A stretch of 64,000 nucleotides of DNA. Origin: an uncultured delta proteobacterium. Its GTDB lineage: Bacteria > Desulfobacterota > Binatia > UBA9968. Positions 10,071-20,127 of this stretch are shown piece after piece (the first letter of the stretch is position 1; each line of letters opens with the position of its first letter). The notes below the pieces were generated by a model. It was not told the origin of the DNA, searched no databases, and saw only the letters and a program-made list of their open reading frames with translations. The DNA lies in assembly GCA_963755715.1 (NCBI GenBank), contig CAVWLW010000056.1, positions 32,001 through 96,000 of the forward strand, read 5' to 3'. A program made the position numbers and the translations under genes.

Positions 10071-11021
10071 TCGGAGCCGACCATCAGGCTGTCTTCGCCG
10101 GCGACTTTTAGAATATAGGGCAGGTCTTCATCGACCTGGCAGGTGACGTACATGCGGTTGGCTTTGAGCAAATCCGAGGACAGCGAGTAGCGGGCGAACT
10201 GGCTGAAAGTCCCGGAACCGTCGGCGGCTTTTTCCATGCGCCGTTTGAGTTCCCAGGCGATGAAGGGAATCCATGAACAGCCGGCTTCGATGATGCCGAA
10301 ACGGAGCTTGGGATATTTCACCGGCAGTTGGTGGCGGATGATCGTGTGAAAGGCGTGCACCGTCGGGAGCTGCGAGCGCATGAACGAGCCGAGGGAAAAT
10401 TCGCGCGCCGGAACGAAGTCGGGCGTGCCGGAGCCGATGTGGACGCAGATCGGCAGGTCCAGGCGATTGGCTTCTTCGTACAAAGGAGAGAAATACGGAT
10501 CGGCGGGCCACTTGCCGGCTTCCAAGTCGCCTTTCTTCAAGAATGCCGCAGGCGCCGTGATCTTTGGCGAACTGGAGTTCCTTGATCGTTTCGTCCATGT
10601 TCATCAGCGGCGGCAGGCAGACCCAACGCAAGCGGCCATGGGATTCGGCGCAGCGGTCGGCGAGCCAGCGGTTGTAGCTGCGCCGTAGCGCAGTGGAAAC
10701 TTCCGGGCGCTCGGTTGCTTCCATCAAAAATAGCGTCGGATAAAGCACTTGCACTTCGGTGCCCATGGCGTCCATGTCGCGCAGCCGTTTCTGCACGTCC
10801 AATAGTTCGCGAGTCTCCACAGTCGTGCGCGTGTTGTTGTCATCGCGGACAAATCTCATCTGGCGGTGACCGTCGACGAGCCAGTAGCGAGTCGGGTTCT
10901 TCGAAGGATCGACACGGCTCGGATACTGGGTGATCGGTTTATACTCTTGCTCAAATTCGCGCAGATATTCCCAGGTCGCCTCGGTTTCGTCGATATGAGT
11001 GTCGGCATCGATGATTGGCAT
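9934..11021 (-). CDS. Amidohydrolase_2 family protein (frameshifts near 10540 and 9990)
   Basis: MPIIDADTH, QVLYPT, PICVHIG, EAGCSW, VGSDYTHRD, NAKTFYGL*. Confidence 0.85.
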
Positions 11022-11084
11022 GTTACACCTCTCGGTCGAATTTAAGTTTTGCGTTCGCCCCATCAATTGATAATCCAATCGCGA

Positions 11085-12188
11085 TCACTTTGTAAATAAC
11101 TTCTCTTGCAGGGCTTGCCACCTGTCGCTTTGCTCCAAAACCATGTCCGGGCGAAAAAAATTGGCCTTGGCGAATCGGCCGCCGCCTGGTTTCAGCTCTG
11201 GAGTTTTTGCCGCGACCTTCGGATGAGCCGGCAGATAATCGGCGCGCTGCAACACTCTTTGTCCTTCTTCGGACAAAAGAAAATCGGTGAACAACATCGC
11301 GGCATGGGGCCGCGGCGCATTCTTCGCCACGCCCGTAGTCCCCATGGGCGCGGGCACCGGCTCTAGAGGTTGCCAGTCCACCGGCGCGCCGGCGTTTTTG
11401 CTGATCTCGGCATGGTTGTTAAAAATATTGATGGCGATATCGTACTCGCCAGCGACCACCAGATCGACAATACCGCGGGCGCTGGCGGTGGCGGAAATAA
11501 CATTTTGTTTGGCCAGATTCTGCAAATAAGCAGTGCCGGCTTTTTCTCCAAGCGTCGAAATAATATTACCGATAAACAGCGGCGTGCCGGTGTTGGAAGC
11601 CATGTGCCAGGCCATGCGGCCTTTCCATTTCGGCTGCAATAAATCAGCGTAAGTCTTGGGCGCTTCGTTGGGTTTGATCCGGCGGGTGTTGTACGCCAGG
11701 GCCATAAAATACAAGTTGGTCGTGCTCCAATAACCCTGAGCGTCTTTCAGTTCTGCAGGGTAGTCGCGCAATGACGGCGAAGCAATGCGCAGCAGCAGAC
11801 CGGCTTTCTTGCCAAGCATGGTCACTTCGCTGCCGCCAACCACATCGGCTTCATAGCGCTTTGCGGTATTTTCGCTAAGCCACTTTTGCACCAGGCCGCG
11901 CGAGTTGGCGCGGTGGAAATCGACTGTGATGAACGGATACTTCTTCTCGAAGGCTTCTTTGAGCGGGCGCACCGCCTGATTGACGATCAGGGGCGTGTAC
12001 CACACCACCTTGCCTTCTTTCTTGGCCCCTTCTTCGAGAATTTTCTGACGCTCGGGGCTATTGAGCAAGGCGACTTCGGCGGCGGTCAAGGGTTGGGCCG
12101 CAGGACTAACTTGCGCCTCGGCCAAGGTTAGAAAAACACCGAGCAGACACGCGCTGACAAGCCTGAGTCTTTCAGACCCGTATGTCAT
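11085..12188 (-). CDS. Extracellular solute-binding protein (Fe3+/thiamine-type), paralogue of 6367..7458
   Basis: GAKKEGKVVWY, APKTYADLLQPKWKG, KNAPRPHAAMLFTDF, PELKPGGGRF. Confidence 0.88.
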   Translation of the reverse strand: MTYGSERLRLVSACLLGVFLTLAEAQVSPAAQPLTAAEVALLNSPERQKILEEGAKKEGKVVWYTPLIVNQAVRPLKEAFEKKYPFITVDFHRANSRGLVQKWLSENTAKRYEADVVGGSEVTMLGKKAGLLLRIASPSLRDYPAELKDAQGYWSTTNLYFMALAYNTRRIKPNEAPKTYADLLQPKWKGRMAWHMASNTGTPLFIGNIISTLGEKAGTAYLQNLAKQNVISATASARGIVDLVVAGEYDIAINIFNNHAEISKNAGAPVDWQPLEPVPAPMGTTGVAKNAPRPHAAMLFTDFLLSEEGQRVLQRADYLPAHPKVAAKTPELKPGGGRFAKANFFRPDMVLEQSDRWQALQEKLFTK

Positions 12189-12297
12189 TGCTTTCGCTCC
12201 GTGCAAAAAATCTTGCCTATCGCCCACCGAAACTGCGCGGGCCACTCGCTAGGAGTGGCCCGTAACAACCGTGATCCGAATTTAGCAGGCCAAAAGA

Positions 12298-12789
12298 CTA
12301 GCCCGCCGACTCGGCAAAGAATTTGCCCATTTCGATGGGCGGCTTATTGCGGTTTTCCGGTGTGCCGCTGATGAGAGGTTTGCCGTCCGCGCCGAGGCGT
12401 GTTTCCTGACCGGCTTGCTGCTGTCCTTTTGTACCTGCGCCGACGCGTATCACGACCAGATTACCGTCGCCGGTATTGAGATAGCGGTAGTAAGCGCCCT
12501 TCGGTATCATCACGCCTTGATACTGTTTGACTTCGATCTCATTGCCGTTTTCATCGAACACGCTCATCTGGCCTTCCAGGACAATAAACGCGTGATCCTC
12601 GTTCAGATGCTTATGAATTTCATTTTCGCCGCCTTCGGCATTGATCTTGGTGTGAATCCATAGATTCGGCGTCTCGGCGACAAGTTGGGTGACGCGACCC
12701 TGTTTCATATAAGGCGTCTTCAATGAGAAAAGCTGTGTCTTTGGCTTGTCTTCAGCGCGGATTTTCGCTGCGGTCGCACTGGTTTGCAT
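12298..12789 (-). CDS. Cupin domain protein
   Basis: GGENEIHKHLNEDHAFIVLEGQ...GVMIPKGAYYRYLNTGDGNLVVI; GGAG RBS. Confidence 0.8.
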   Translation of the reverse strand: MQTSATAAKIRAEDKPKTQLFSLKTPYMKQGRVTQLVAETPNLWIHTKINAEGGENEIHKHLNEDHAFIVLEGQMSVFDENGNEIEVKQYQGVMIPKGAYYRYLNTGDGNLVVIRVGAGTKGQQQAGQETRLGADGKPLISGTPENRNKPPIEMGKFFAESAG

Positions 12790-12820
12790 TTTTCGTCTCC
12801 TTTGAAATTTTTTTCGGTGG

Positions 12821-12847
12821 AGATCCTTCGCATTCGCTCAGGATGAC
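12821..12847 (-). repeat. REP-like palindromic element GTCATCCTGAGCGAATGCGAAGGATCT
   Basis: Same GTCATCCTGA...CGAAGGATCT ends as the copy at 36154..36185. Confidence 0.6.
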
Positions 12848-12877
12848 TTGCGCACGCTTTTTTGCGTGCGCAAGTCA
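12844..12877. repeat. Perfect 14-bp inverted repeat overlapping the amidohydrolase stop codon
   Basis: TGACTTGCGCACGC-TTTTTT-GCGTGCGCAAGTCA. Confidence 0.8.
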
Positions 12878-13930
12878 GTTGTTAATACCGTCGATCTTCA
12901 GATCGTACAGCTTGATCACGTTTTCGCGCACGACTTTGCGCAGGACGTCTTTGGGCAGATGGCCAAGCTCGCGCGCGATTACGTCCCGCGAGTGCGGCCA
13001 GGTCGACGCGGCGTGCGGATAGTCGTTGGACCACATAAAGGTATCCTGGCCGAAGCGGTTCATCAGCTGGCCGCCGCACGGATCGCTAAAAAACGTCGCA
13101 TACACTTGATCGTTGACATATTCGCCGGGCAGTTTTTTCATGAACGGCAGCGGCACTTTGTTTTTGAAGCGCACATAATACTTGTCCCATTCATGCATGT
13201 AGAAGGGCAGCCAGGCGACTTCGTTCTCGACATAGACCAATTTCAATTTCGGAAAGCGCGCCAGCACGCCGGTAAATACCAGATCAAATAATGTGTTCGC
13301 CGCGTCATTGACCTTATCGTTCACGGCGGTCTTGTACGTATCGAGTCCCTTGCGCTCGAAGCGGCTGTAGTTAAAGCCGGTCAAGATGTGCAGGTTGACG
13401 GGCATATTCAGTTCGGCCGAGGCTTCCCAAAAGGGATCGTAATAATCGCTGGTAAAGGGCAGATGTGCGGGCGGCACCTGCCAGATCAAGCTGCCGATCA
13501 GCCCCGCCTTCTTGCAGCGCTCGAGCTCCTTGATGGCATTCTTGATATTGTAAAGCGAGATCATCGGGATGCCGATCAAGCGCCCCGGTGTCACTTTGCA
13601 GTAATCGATCATCCAGTCGTTGGCGATCTGGAAGCAGGCTTCCTGAAGTTCGGCGTCTTCTAACGCGAACAACCGCAGCCCGAGCGTGGGATAAAGCACT
13701 TCAGCGGAAACTCCGTCGACTTCCATCTCGCTGATGCGCGCCTTGGGGTCCCAACCGCCGTCGCGCTCGCCGGGCGAATTCCGTTTGGGAAAGTCGGGAT
13801 ACTTCGGTTTGAGAGACGGAGTGAGATTCTTGACCCACAAATCGTCCGCCTCCATGATGTGTGAATCCGCCGAAATGATTTTTTCGCCTGCCAACACCGA
13901 GTCGGCGGTATACGCTGCGGCTGTGCTCAT
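12875..13930 (-). CDS. Amidohydrolase_2 family protein
   Basis: IISADSHIME, EVLYPT, PVNLHIL, VENEVAW, WSNDYPHAASTWP. Confidence 0.9.
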   Translation of the reverse strand: MSTAAAYTADSVLAGEKIISADSHIMEADDLWVKNLTPSLKPKYPDFPKRNSPGERDGGWDPKARISEMEVDGVSAEVLYPTLGLRLFALEDAELQEACFQIANDWMIDYCKVTPGRLIGIPMISLYNIKNAIKELERCKKAGLIGSLIWQVPPAHLPFTSDYYDPFWEASAELNMPVNLHILTGFNYSRFERKGLDTYKTAVNDKVNDAANTLFDLVFTGVLARFPKLKLVYVENEVAWLPFYMHEWDKYYVRFKNKVPLPFMKKLPGEYVNDQVYATFFSDPCGGQLMNRFGQDTFMWSNDYPHAASTWPHSRDVIARELGHLPKDVLRKVVRENVIKLYDLKIDGINN

Positions 13931-14043
13931 CGCTAAATCCCTCGCTTTCAGTCAATCTTACCGTCGCCGATAACAGAAAATCTGCACATTTCAAACTGTG
14001 GAAACTTGCTCTTTCCTACGAAACCCACGTCATGAAGTCAAAC

Positions 14044-14943
14044 TCACTTTTTCTTCAACGGCAGCTTGCCGGCGCGCCACGGGGTTAGCCGGCTGTTTCC
14101 CGGAGTGACGGCAGTGCCTTCCATCTTCCCGTCGTTGATATTGCCGGTGAACTGATACGGATTCGCGCCGATCGCTAGTTTGAAGCTGATCTCGTTTCCT
14201 CGCAACAATGGCTCTTCGATTTTCATCGCACCGAGCCCGTAATCCGCCCATGCGCTTGTCAGCCGCTGATACTGTTGATCGAACGTCAAGACGACCATCT
14301 GTCGTTTGCCGCCGCCCAAATCGAGCTCCATGCGCCAGTCGCCGGTGACCAGGGTGGGAACGATCCATAAATAAATATATGCCTTGTCGGTGCCGTTGGC
14401 CGCCCTTTTTTCCGGCACGGTGAGGCTGACCTGGCGGTCCGGGTACCATTCGCTCATGTAATAATCGTGCGCGACAATGCGCGTACCGGGTTTCAACTCC
14501 GCCATGAGCTTGGGACGAAGCTTCTCCATGAAGTCCGGCAAAACATAGAGCGTCACCACCGTGGCTTTGCTGATATCAGCTTTGAACATGTCTTGCTCAA
14601 TGAACTTAGCGCGATCGCCGACGCCGTCGGACGTCGCCTGTTTGTTGGACAAGTTCACTAGCTTCGCATCGATGTCGACGCCGACGCCGCTGGCGCTAAA
14701 ATTTCGGGCAGCGGTGATAATCATCCGGCCGTCGCCCGAACCGAGATCGATGACAAAATCTTTCGCCGTGACACCAGCCAGCTTCAACATCTCATCGACC
14801 ACGATTTGCGGCGTTGGCACGTAAGGTAGCTTGCTTAACTCCTGGGCGTTCAGCGAGCTGGATAGAACGAGCGCAAATCCCGCCAACCAAAGTTTATTGA
14901 GCACGCGGATAAAAGCGGATGTCACGAGCTGCGATAGTTTCAT
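14044..14943 (-). CDS. Class I SAM-dependent methyltransferase with N-terminal signal peptide
   Basis: PYVPTPQIVVDEML..., DLGSGDGR, GVDID, ATVVTLYVL; hydrophobic leader ending SLNA-Q. Confidence 0.85.
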   Translation of the reverse strand: MKLSQLVTSAFIRVLNKLWLAGFALVLSSSLNAQELSKLPYVPTPQIVVDEMLKLAGVTAKDFVIDLGSGDGRMIITAARNFSASGVGVDIDAKLVNLSNKQATSDGVGDRAKFIEQDMFKADISKATVVTLYVLPDFMEKLRPKLMAELKPGTRIVAHDYYMSEWYPDRQVSLTVPEKRAANGTDKAYIYLWIVPTLVTGDWRMELDLGGGKRQMVVLTFDQQYQRLTSAWADYGLGAMKIEEPLLRGNEISFKLAIGANPYQFTGNINDGKMEGTAVTPGNSRLTPWRAGKLPLKKK

Positions 14944-15133
14944 GTAGGTTCCTAAAAGGCCCGACCCATAATAACCCCATTTCATCGTGTGATTGCAAAT
15001 CACCGCGGGCGAATTTGTCGCGCAGTTACTTGACGCCCTTAATAAATCCCCCTATTTTCAGTGTTCCGACGTGGGACGGTGACGGGTCGCTAAAGTCGTC
15101 CGGCTGATTGTCGAAGCAAGGAGATCTGAGACC

Positions 15134-16168
15134 GTGAAATTCGGCTATTACATTCTCAACACCTATGTTCCGGAATTGGACGGCGGCAGCAGCGACGTGT
15201 ACAGCCATTGGTTGGAGCAGTTTGATGCGGCGGAATCGCTGGGTTTTGACACTCTTTGGGTGACCGAACACCATTTCCGTAATTTTGGCGGCATGATGCC
15301 GAGTCCATCGGTGATTCTCGCCGCTGCGGCCCAGCGCACCAAGCGCATGCGTCTGGGCGCCGCGGTCTCGATCATCCCGATGCACAATCCACTGCGCATC
15401 GCCGAAGAATTTGCCATGGTGGACCAGCTCTCCAGCGGGCGCCTGAACTTCGGCGCGGGACGCGGCATGCACCCGACGGAGTACACGGTCTTCGGTTATG
15501 ACTGGAGCAATGCGCAAAAGCGGCTACCCGAGGCGCTCGACATCGTCACGCGGGCGTGGAGCGGTGGCGAGTTCGAATGGCAGGGCGAGCACTATCGCTT
15601 TCCCAAGCTTCGGGTTTATCCTCAACCGCGTCAGAAACCACACCCGCCGATCTACGTCACAGCGAACCGCGATCCGGAAAGTTTCCAAATGATCGGGAAG
15701 CGGGGCTATCATTTGATGACGCTGCCGTGGGTCGCGACCAATGAGGAGCAGCGACTGCGCGTCGAGATATATTTGGCCGCCCTGCGCGACGGCGGTCACG
15801 CAGTCGAAGACAAAGACGTCTTTACGATGTATCCGATTTACGTCGGCGACAGTGACGCGCAGGCGCGCGCCGAAGTGATCGAGCACTGGTATCGTTGGCG
15901 CATATTTGCCCTCGAGGCGCAGAATTTCACTCCAGACAATCCGATGTACCAACGGGTCTTCGGCCACTTGGATTACGACGCGATGGTGCGCGACAGCCGA
16001 GGAATTTTCGGCGGACCGGAAACCTGCGTGCGAATTCTCAAGCGCGTTATCGAAGTTGTCGGCACGACGCACGTCGGCTTGACCTTTCACTTCGGCGGCT
16101 TGAGCCAGGAAAAAGTGCTGAAGTCGATGGAGCGCTGCGCTAGGCTGGTCTTGCCCGAGCTGCGATGA
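15134..16168 (+). CDS. LLM-class (luciferase-like) flavin-dependent oxidoreductase
   Basis: GFDTLWVTEHHF, HNPLRIAEEFAMVDQLSSGRLNFGAGRG, PQPRQKPHPPI. Confidence 0.92.
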   Translation: MKFGYYILNTYVPELDGGSSDVYSHWLEQFDAAESLGFDTLWVTEHHFRNFGGMMPSPSVILAAAAQRTKRMRLGAAVSIIPMHNPLRIAEEFAMVDQLSSGRLNFGAGRGMHPTEYTVFGYDWSNAQKRLPEALDIVTRAWSGGEFEWQGEHYRFPKLRVYPQPRQKPHPPIYVTANRDPESFQMIGKRGYHLMTLPWVATNEEQRLRVEIYLAALRDGGHAVEDKDVFTMYPIYVGDSDAQARAEVIEHWYRWRIFALEAQNFTPDNPMYQRVFGHLDYDAMVRDSRGIFGGPETCVRILKRVIEVVGTTHVGLTFHFGGLSQEKVLKSMERCARLVLPELR

Positions 16169-16244
16169 TCCGATATTGCCTACTCTAACTTCGCATACTC
16201 TTAACGCAATTTTGCGGTATCCTAATTGACTGGGCTTCAGCACC

Positions 16245-17750
16245 ATGTTACGAAGCCGAAAATTTTACGCGAATAATGCTGTGAAAACCCCACCATTCGA
16301 AGAACTCAGGTCATTGGATTTACAAAAGTGCAACAGCGTCGGCGATATCGTCAACGCCATGCGCTACTGCGCCTTCGGCGCGCGCATGCTTGGCGAAGTC
16401 GCCCACACGATTTTCGAGATGGTGACGGCGAAAGACAAGCCGATTCTCATCTATAGCGGCATCGCGGATGCGCCGCTCGGATTGCTATTAAAAAAATTCG
16501 TCTCGAATCGGTGGTGTCGCCGAATCATGCTGCCGTCGCAGTACGCGCGGGCGAAAAGCCGGGGCGAAAACGTCATCGTCGTCGGCGCTTTTTCCGAGCG
16601 CAACGCCGAGGCCATCTACAAAAAACCGGCGCGGGCGATCTTTATCAATCCATTCGACATGGCCCGCCCCGGACAGATTCGCGACGGCTATTTCCCCGAT
16701 GCGGTTTTCGCCGATCCGCGCTATGTGGTGCCGGTAATTTACGCGGCTCTCGATGAATGGATCAATGGCAAAGGGGGCAAACGGGGTTCGATCGGTGCGT
16801 TGCTTAGCGGGCTGGCGCGCTTCGGCGGCCTGGCGGCGCAAGTAGCGCGCGGCGCAAAGGCGCTCGAAGCGATGATTCACGACAAGCATTGCGCGCGCTT
16901 TTTAACCGTCAGCGGCGCGATGACCGTCGGCAAGATGGATCTGATCATTTGCGACATGATCGAGCAGGGGATGATTCAGGCGATCTCATCGACGGGCGCG
17001 CTGATGGCGCATGGTCTGGTCTCGTCGATCGGCTTGAAGCACTACAAGTACAATCCTAAATACGATGATACCGAGCTCGCCCGGCGCAAGCTCAACCGAG
17101 TGACGGACACTTTGGAGCCTGAAACCAACCTCGATACGGTAGAGGAAGTCATCGGCAAAGTGATCGAAAAGATCGACGGCAAAGAGATGTTCAGCCCGAT
17201 CGCGCTGAACAAGCTGATTGGCAAACATCTCGCCGAACATTATCCGAACGACCGCGGCATTCTGAAGTCGGCTTATCTCCACGGCGTGCCCGTGTTCGTG
17301 CCGGCTTTTGTCGATTCCGAGTTGGGCAACGACATTTACATCCACAACATCAAGCGGCGGCGGCGCGGCAAGAAACCGGTCCTGATGGATCTGGAGCGCG
17401 ACAGCAAGGAGCTGATCCGGCTCGTCACCGGCTCGAAACGCTTCGGTATTTTTTCCATCGGCGGCGGCGTGCCGCGCAACAACGTGCAAAACGTCGCGCC
17501 GCTGATCGAAATTATCAACGAGCGGCTCGGCCCGACTTTGCCCAATCGCCGCTTCAGTTACGGCGTGCGCATCTGCCCCGACAAGCCTCACTTCGGCCAT
17601 CTCTCGGGCTGCACCTATTCGGAAAACGAATCCTGGCGCAAGGCGGATAAGAACGGCATCTATGCCGAGATGCTCGCCGACGCGACACAAGTGTGGCCGT
17701 TTCTGGTCAAGTCCATCATGGAGAAAAGAGACGGCGGGTCGGCGCGATAA
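16245..17750 (+). CDS. Deoxyhypusine synthase-like (homospermidine/polyamine synthase-type) protein with extra N-terminal domain
   Basis: FLTVSGAMT, ISSTGA, NRVTDT, PAFVDSELG, IGGGVPRN, HLSGCTYSENESWRK (catalytic-type Lys), ADATQVWP. Confidence 0.85.
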   Translation: MLRSRKFYANNAVKTPPFEELRSLDLQKCNSVGDIVNAMRYCAFGARMLGEVAHTIFEMVTAKDKPILIYSGIADAPLGLLLKKFVSNRWCRRIMLPSQYARAKSRGENVIVVGAFSERNAEAIYKKPARAIFINPFDMARPGQIRDGYFPDAVFADPRYVVPVIYAALDEWINGKGGKRGSIGALLSGLARFGGLAAQVARGAKALEAMIHDKHCARFLTVSGAMTVGKMDLIICDMIEQGMIQAISSTGALMAHGLVSSIGLKHYKYNPKYDDTELARRKLNRVTDTLEPETNLDTVEEVIGKVIEKIDGKEMFSPIALNKLIGKHLAEHYPNDRGILKSAYLHGVPVFVPAFVDSELGNDIYIHNIKRRRRGKKPVLMDLERDSKELIRLVTGSKRFGIFSIGGGVPRNNVQNVAPLIEIINERLGPTLPNRRFSYGVRICPDKPHFGHLSGCTYSENESWRKADKNGIYAEMLADATQVWPFLVKSIMEKRDGGSAR

Positions 17751-17853
17751 GCGAAACCATCATGAGGTCTCGCTCTTTCCGATAAACGGATTAGGTAAAG
17801 TGTTCTGACTCCCAAAGGATGGATTCAGCGAAAACGGCGATCGGAGGACGAAA

Positions 17854-19008
17854 ATGAAACGCAGCACCGACCGAATTCTCATTACCCATGTAGGTAGCTT
17901 GGCGCGGCCCAAGGATTTAATGGACATGCTTTTGGCGCGCAACGAAGGCAAGCCGTTCGACAACAGTGCTCTCGCTCGGCGCACCCGCGAAGCCGTCGCC
18001 GAAGTCGTGGAGAAACAAATCGAATGCGGCGTCGACGTCATCAACGACGGCGAATTGGGAAAATCGAATTTCTCCCGTTATACGAAGGAGAGACTGGGCG
18101 GATTCGTCGAGCGTGCGGCGGGCCCCGATTTCAAACCGACGTCGATTTTCGGACGCGACCTGTTGGAGTTCACCGAATATTTCAACCGCGGCGGCAGGAC
18201 GTCCATCGGCCACCACGCGCGGGTCTTCCATTGCGTGGAACCGCTGAAATACGTCGGCCAGGAGGAAGTGAATGCCGACATCGCAAATCTCAAATTCGCG
18301 CTTCAGGACAAGAAATATGAAGAAGCATTTTTGCCCGCCGTGGCGCCGGGCACCCTGGAACATTGGATGAAGAATGATTTTTATAAAACCAATGAGGAAT
18401 ATCTCTTCGCTATCGCGGACGCCATGCGCGAAGAATACAAGGCCATCGTCGAAGCTGGCTTTATCTTGCAAATCGACGATCCGGACCTCGCCGACGCCTG
18501 GCAAATGCATCCCGAAATGAGCGTCGCGGATTATCGAAAGTATCAGGAGATGCGCATCGACGCGCTCAATCACGGGCTGCGCGATTTGCCGATCGATCGG
18601 ATTCGTTTTCACATGTGCTGGGGCAGTTATCACGGCCCGCACAAGTACGACATTCCTCTGAAAGACATCGCCGATCTCATCCTCAAAGTGCGTGCGGACG
18701 CTTACTCCATCGAGGCGTCGAATCCGTGTCACGATCACGAGTGGCGGGTGTGGGAAGACACAAAATTGCCGGATGGAAAGATTCTTATTCCCGGGGTAGT
18801 CGGTCACTACAGCGATTTCATTGAACACCCTCAGGCGATCGCTGATCGCTTGGTGCGTTATGCTAAAATCGTCGGTCGGGAAAATGTCATTGCCGGCACC
18901 GACTGCGGCATCGGTTCACGCGTCGGCCACCCGCAAGTCGGTTGGGCAAAATTTCAGGCGATGGCGGAAGGCGCGCGCATCGCGACCAAGGAATTGTGGG
19001 GCGAGTGA
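17854..19008 (+). CDS. Cobalamin-independent methionine synthase II family protein
   Basis: THVGSLARP, DVINDGE, LQIDDPDL, HMCWGS, GTDCG zinc-ligand motifs. Confidence 0.9.
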   Translation: MKRSTDRILITHVGSLARPKDLMDMLLARNEGKPFDNSALARRTREAVAEVVEKQIECGVDVINDGELGKSNFSRYTKERLGGFVERAAGPDFKPTSIFGRDLLEFTEYFNRGGRTSIGHHARVFHCVEPLKYVGQEEVNADIANLKFALQDKKYEEAFLPAVAPGTLEHWMKNDFYKTNEEYLFAIADAMREEYKAIVEAGFILQIDDPDLADAWQMHPEMSVADYRKYQEMRIDALNHGLRDLPIDRIRFHMCWGSYHGPHKYDIPLKDIADLILKVRADAYSIEASNPCHDHEWRVWEDTKLPDGKILIPGVVGHYSDFIEHPQAIADRLVRYAKIVGRENVIAGTDCGIGSRVGHPQVGWAKFQAMAEGARIATKELWGE

Positions 19009-19069
19009 CCTTTTTTGATGATTGCCCCGACCAGGGCAGTGAATCGGATTGCGCGCAATCCAAAACAAC

Positions 19070-19663
19070 TTATTTGGTTATAGCCAAGATCTGCGTGCCG
19101 TACAGTTTTATCAATTGGTCGCGCTCGTCGGATTCCGGTAAGTTTTTCAAACGATCTTCGATCCGGCCGCGTTCTTCCTGTTTCAGTTCGCTCCAGCGCT
19201 CCAAGTCTTTTTGCATTTTATCCCGCTCATCGGCAGACAGCGGTTGTACCACTGGCTCGATTTTAGCGGCCGCTGCTCGTGCATCGGCAACGTCCGGCCG
19301 CGCGCTAAGCACAACGGCGCGGTGTGGATGTCCTTTTTCGTCATACATGAAGGCGAAATTTTTGTAACCGATTGAAGAAATGAGCGAGCGCACAGCGGGC
19401 TCCAGGGGTTGGTGATCTAGCTTGAGGTTGACCATCTTCGTCGCCGATGCAGGCGGGACAACTATTTGAAATCCCGTCGTGGCGTGGATCGCGGATAGCG
19501 CGAATGGAATCGGCGTCTGATCAAATGCCAGAGAAACCGCGCCGTTTCGATAATCGACCCAGGGTCGGTAAAAGTCATCCGGGCCGGTTTGAGCGAGAGC
19601 TGGCGAGAGCCGTGATATCCAGCAGAGCGCCAGCAGCGAGATTATCAGCTCACGTGTTTTCAT
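19070..19663 (-). CDS. Hypothetical secreted protein
   Basis: Signal peptide (SPALA-Q), GGAGG RBS, helical C-terminus; no family recognised. Confidence 0.7.
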   Translation of the reverse strand: MKTRELIISLLALCWISRLSPALAQTGPDDFYRPWVDYRNGAVSLAFDQTPIPFALSAIHATTGFQIVVPPASATKMVNLKLDHQPLEPAVRSLISSIGYKNFAFMYDEKGHPHRAVVLSARPDVADARAAAAKIEPVVQPLSADERDKMQKDLERWSELKQEERGRIEDRLKNLPESDERDQLIKLYGTQILAITK

Positions 19664-19691
19664 GGATTTGACCTCCGCTAGGGTCAAACAG

Positions 19692-19707
19692 AGCAACGTC
19701 CATACCG
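19692..19707 (-). promoter_or_regulatory. Putative sigma54 -24/-12 promoter
   Basis: Minus strand CGGTATGGACGTTGCT, about 30 nt before the ATG at 19663. Confidence 0.45.
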
Positions 19708-20127
19708 CGCTGTTCTATGCCCCCAAGAGCCAAAAACTCACTTTTTGCGCTCAATCTTTCCCTTTCGACGCCAGATGTCGTTCGACTTGGAACAAATTTG
19801 TGCTGATTATTTGTCAATCAACGGAGGAGGTCTGAAGCGGTCGACCGTTTAGAGAGGCTTGACGGGCACCGGATTCACCCGGCAAATCTCTTGAGCGTAT
19901 CACCTGACAGCGCGGTCACTGGAGAATCGTCCCATGTGCGCCACGTTCAAAATGCGACTTGCGGCTCCAGCCCTCGACGTCGAGATAGGCGAGGGAAGCT
20001 TTCCATTGACCCGTCGACGTCCGCTTCAAATTCGGCCACAGCAAACCGTTTACTCACATCCGGATGGCGCTTTGGAAAGGAACTCGGTCGTCTGACTTGC
20101 GACTCACAGGAGCCGGATCACGCCATT

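Noticed and set aside
17750-17853. Cobalamin or SAM riboswitch upstream of the methionine synthase II-family gene
   Set aside because: The gap is short and lacks B12-box or S-box consensus elements.
19710-20120. About 400-bp intergenic gap as a possible ncRNA or small gene
   Set aside because: No recognisable RNA motif, terminator or convincing RBS plus ORF; at most a gene remnant.
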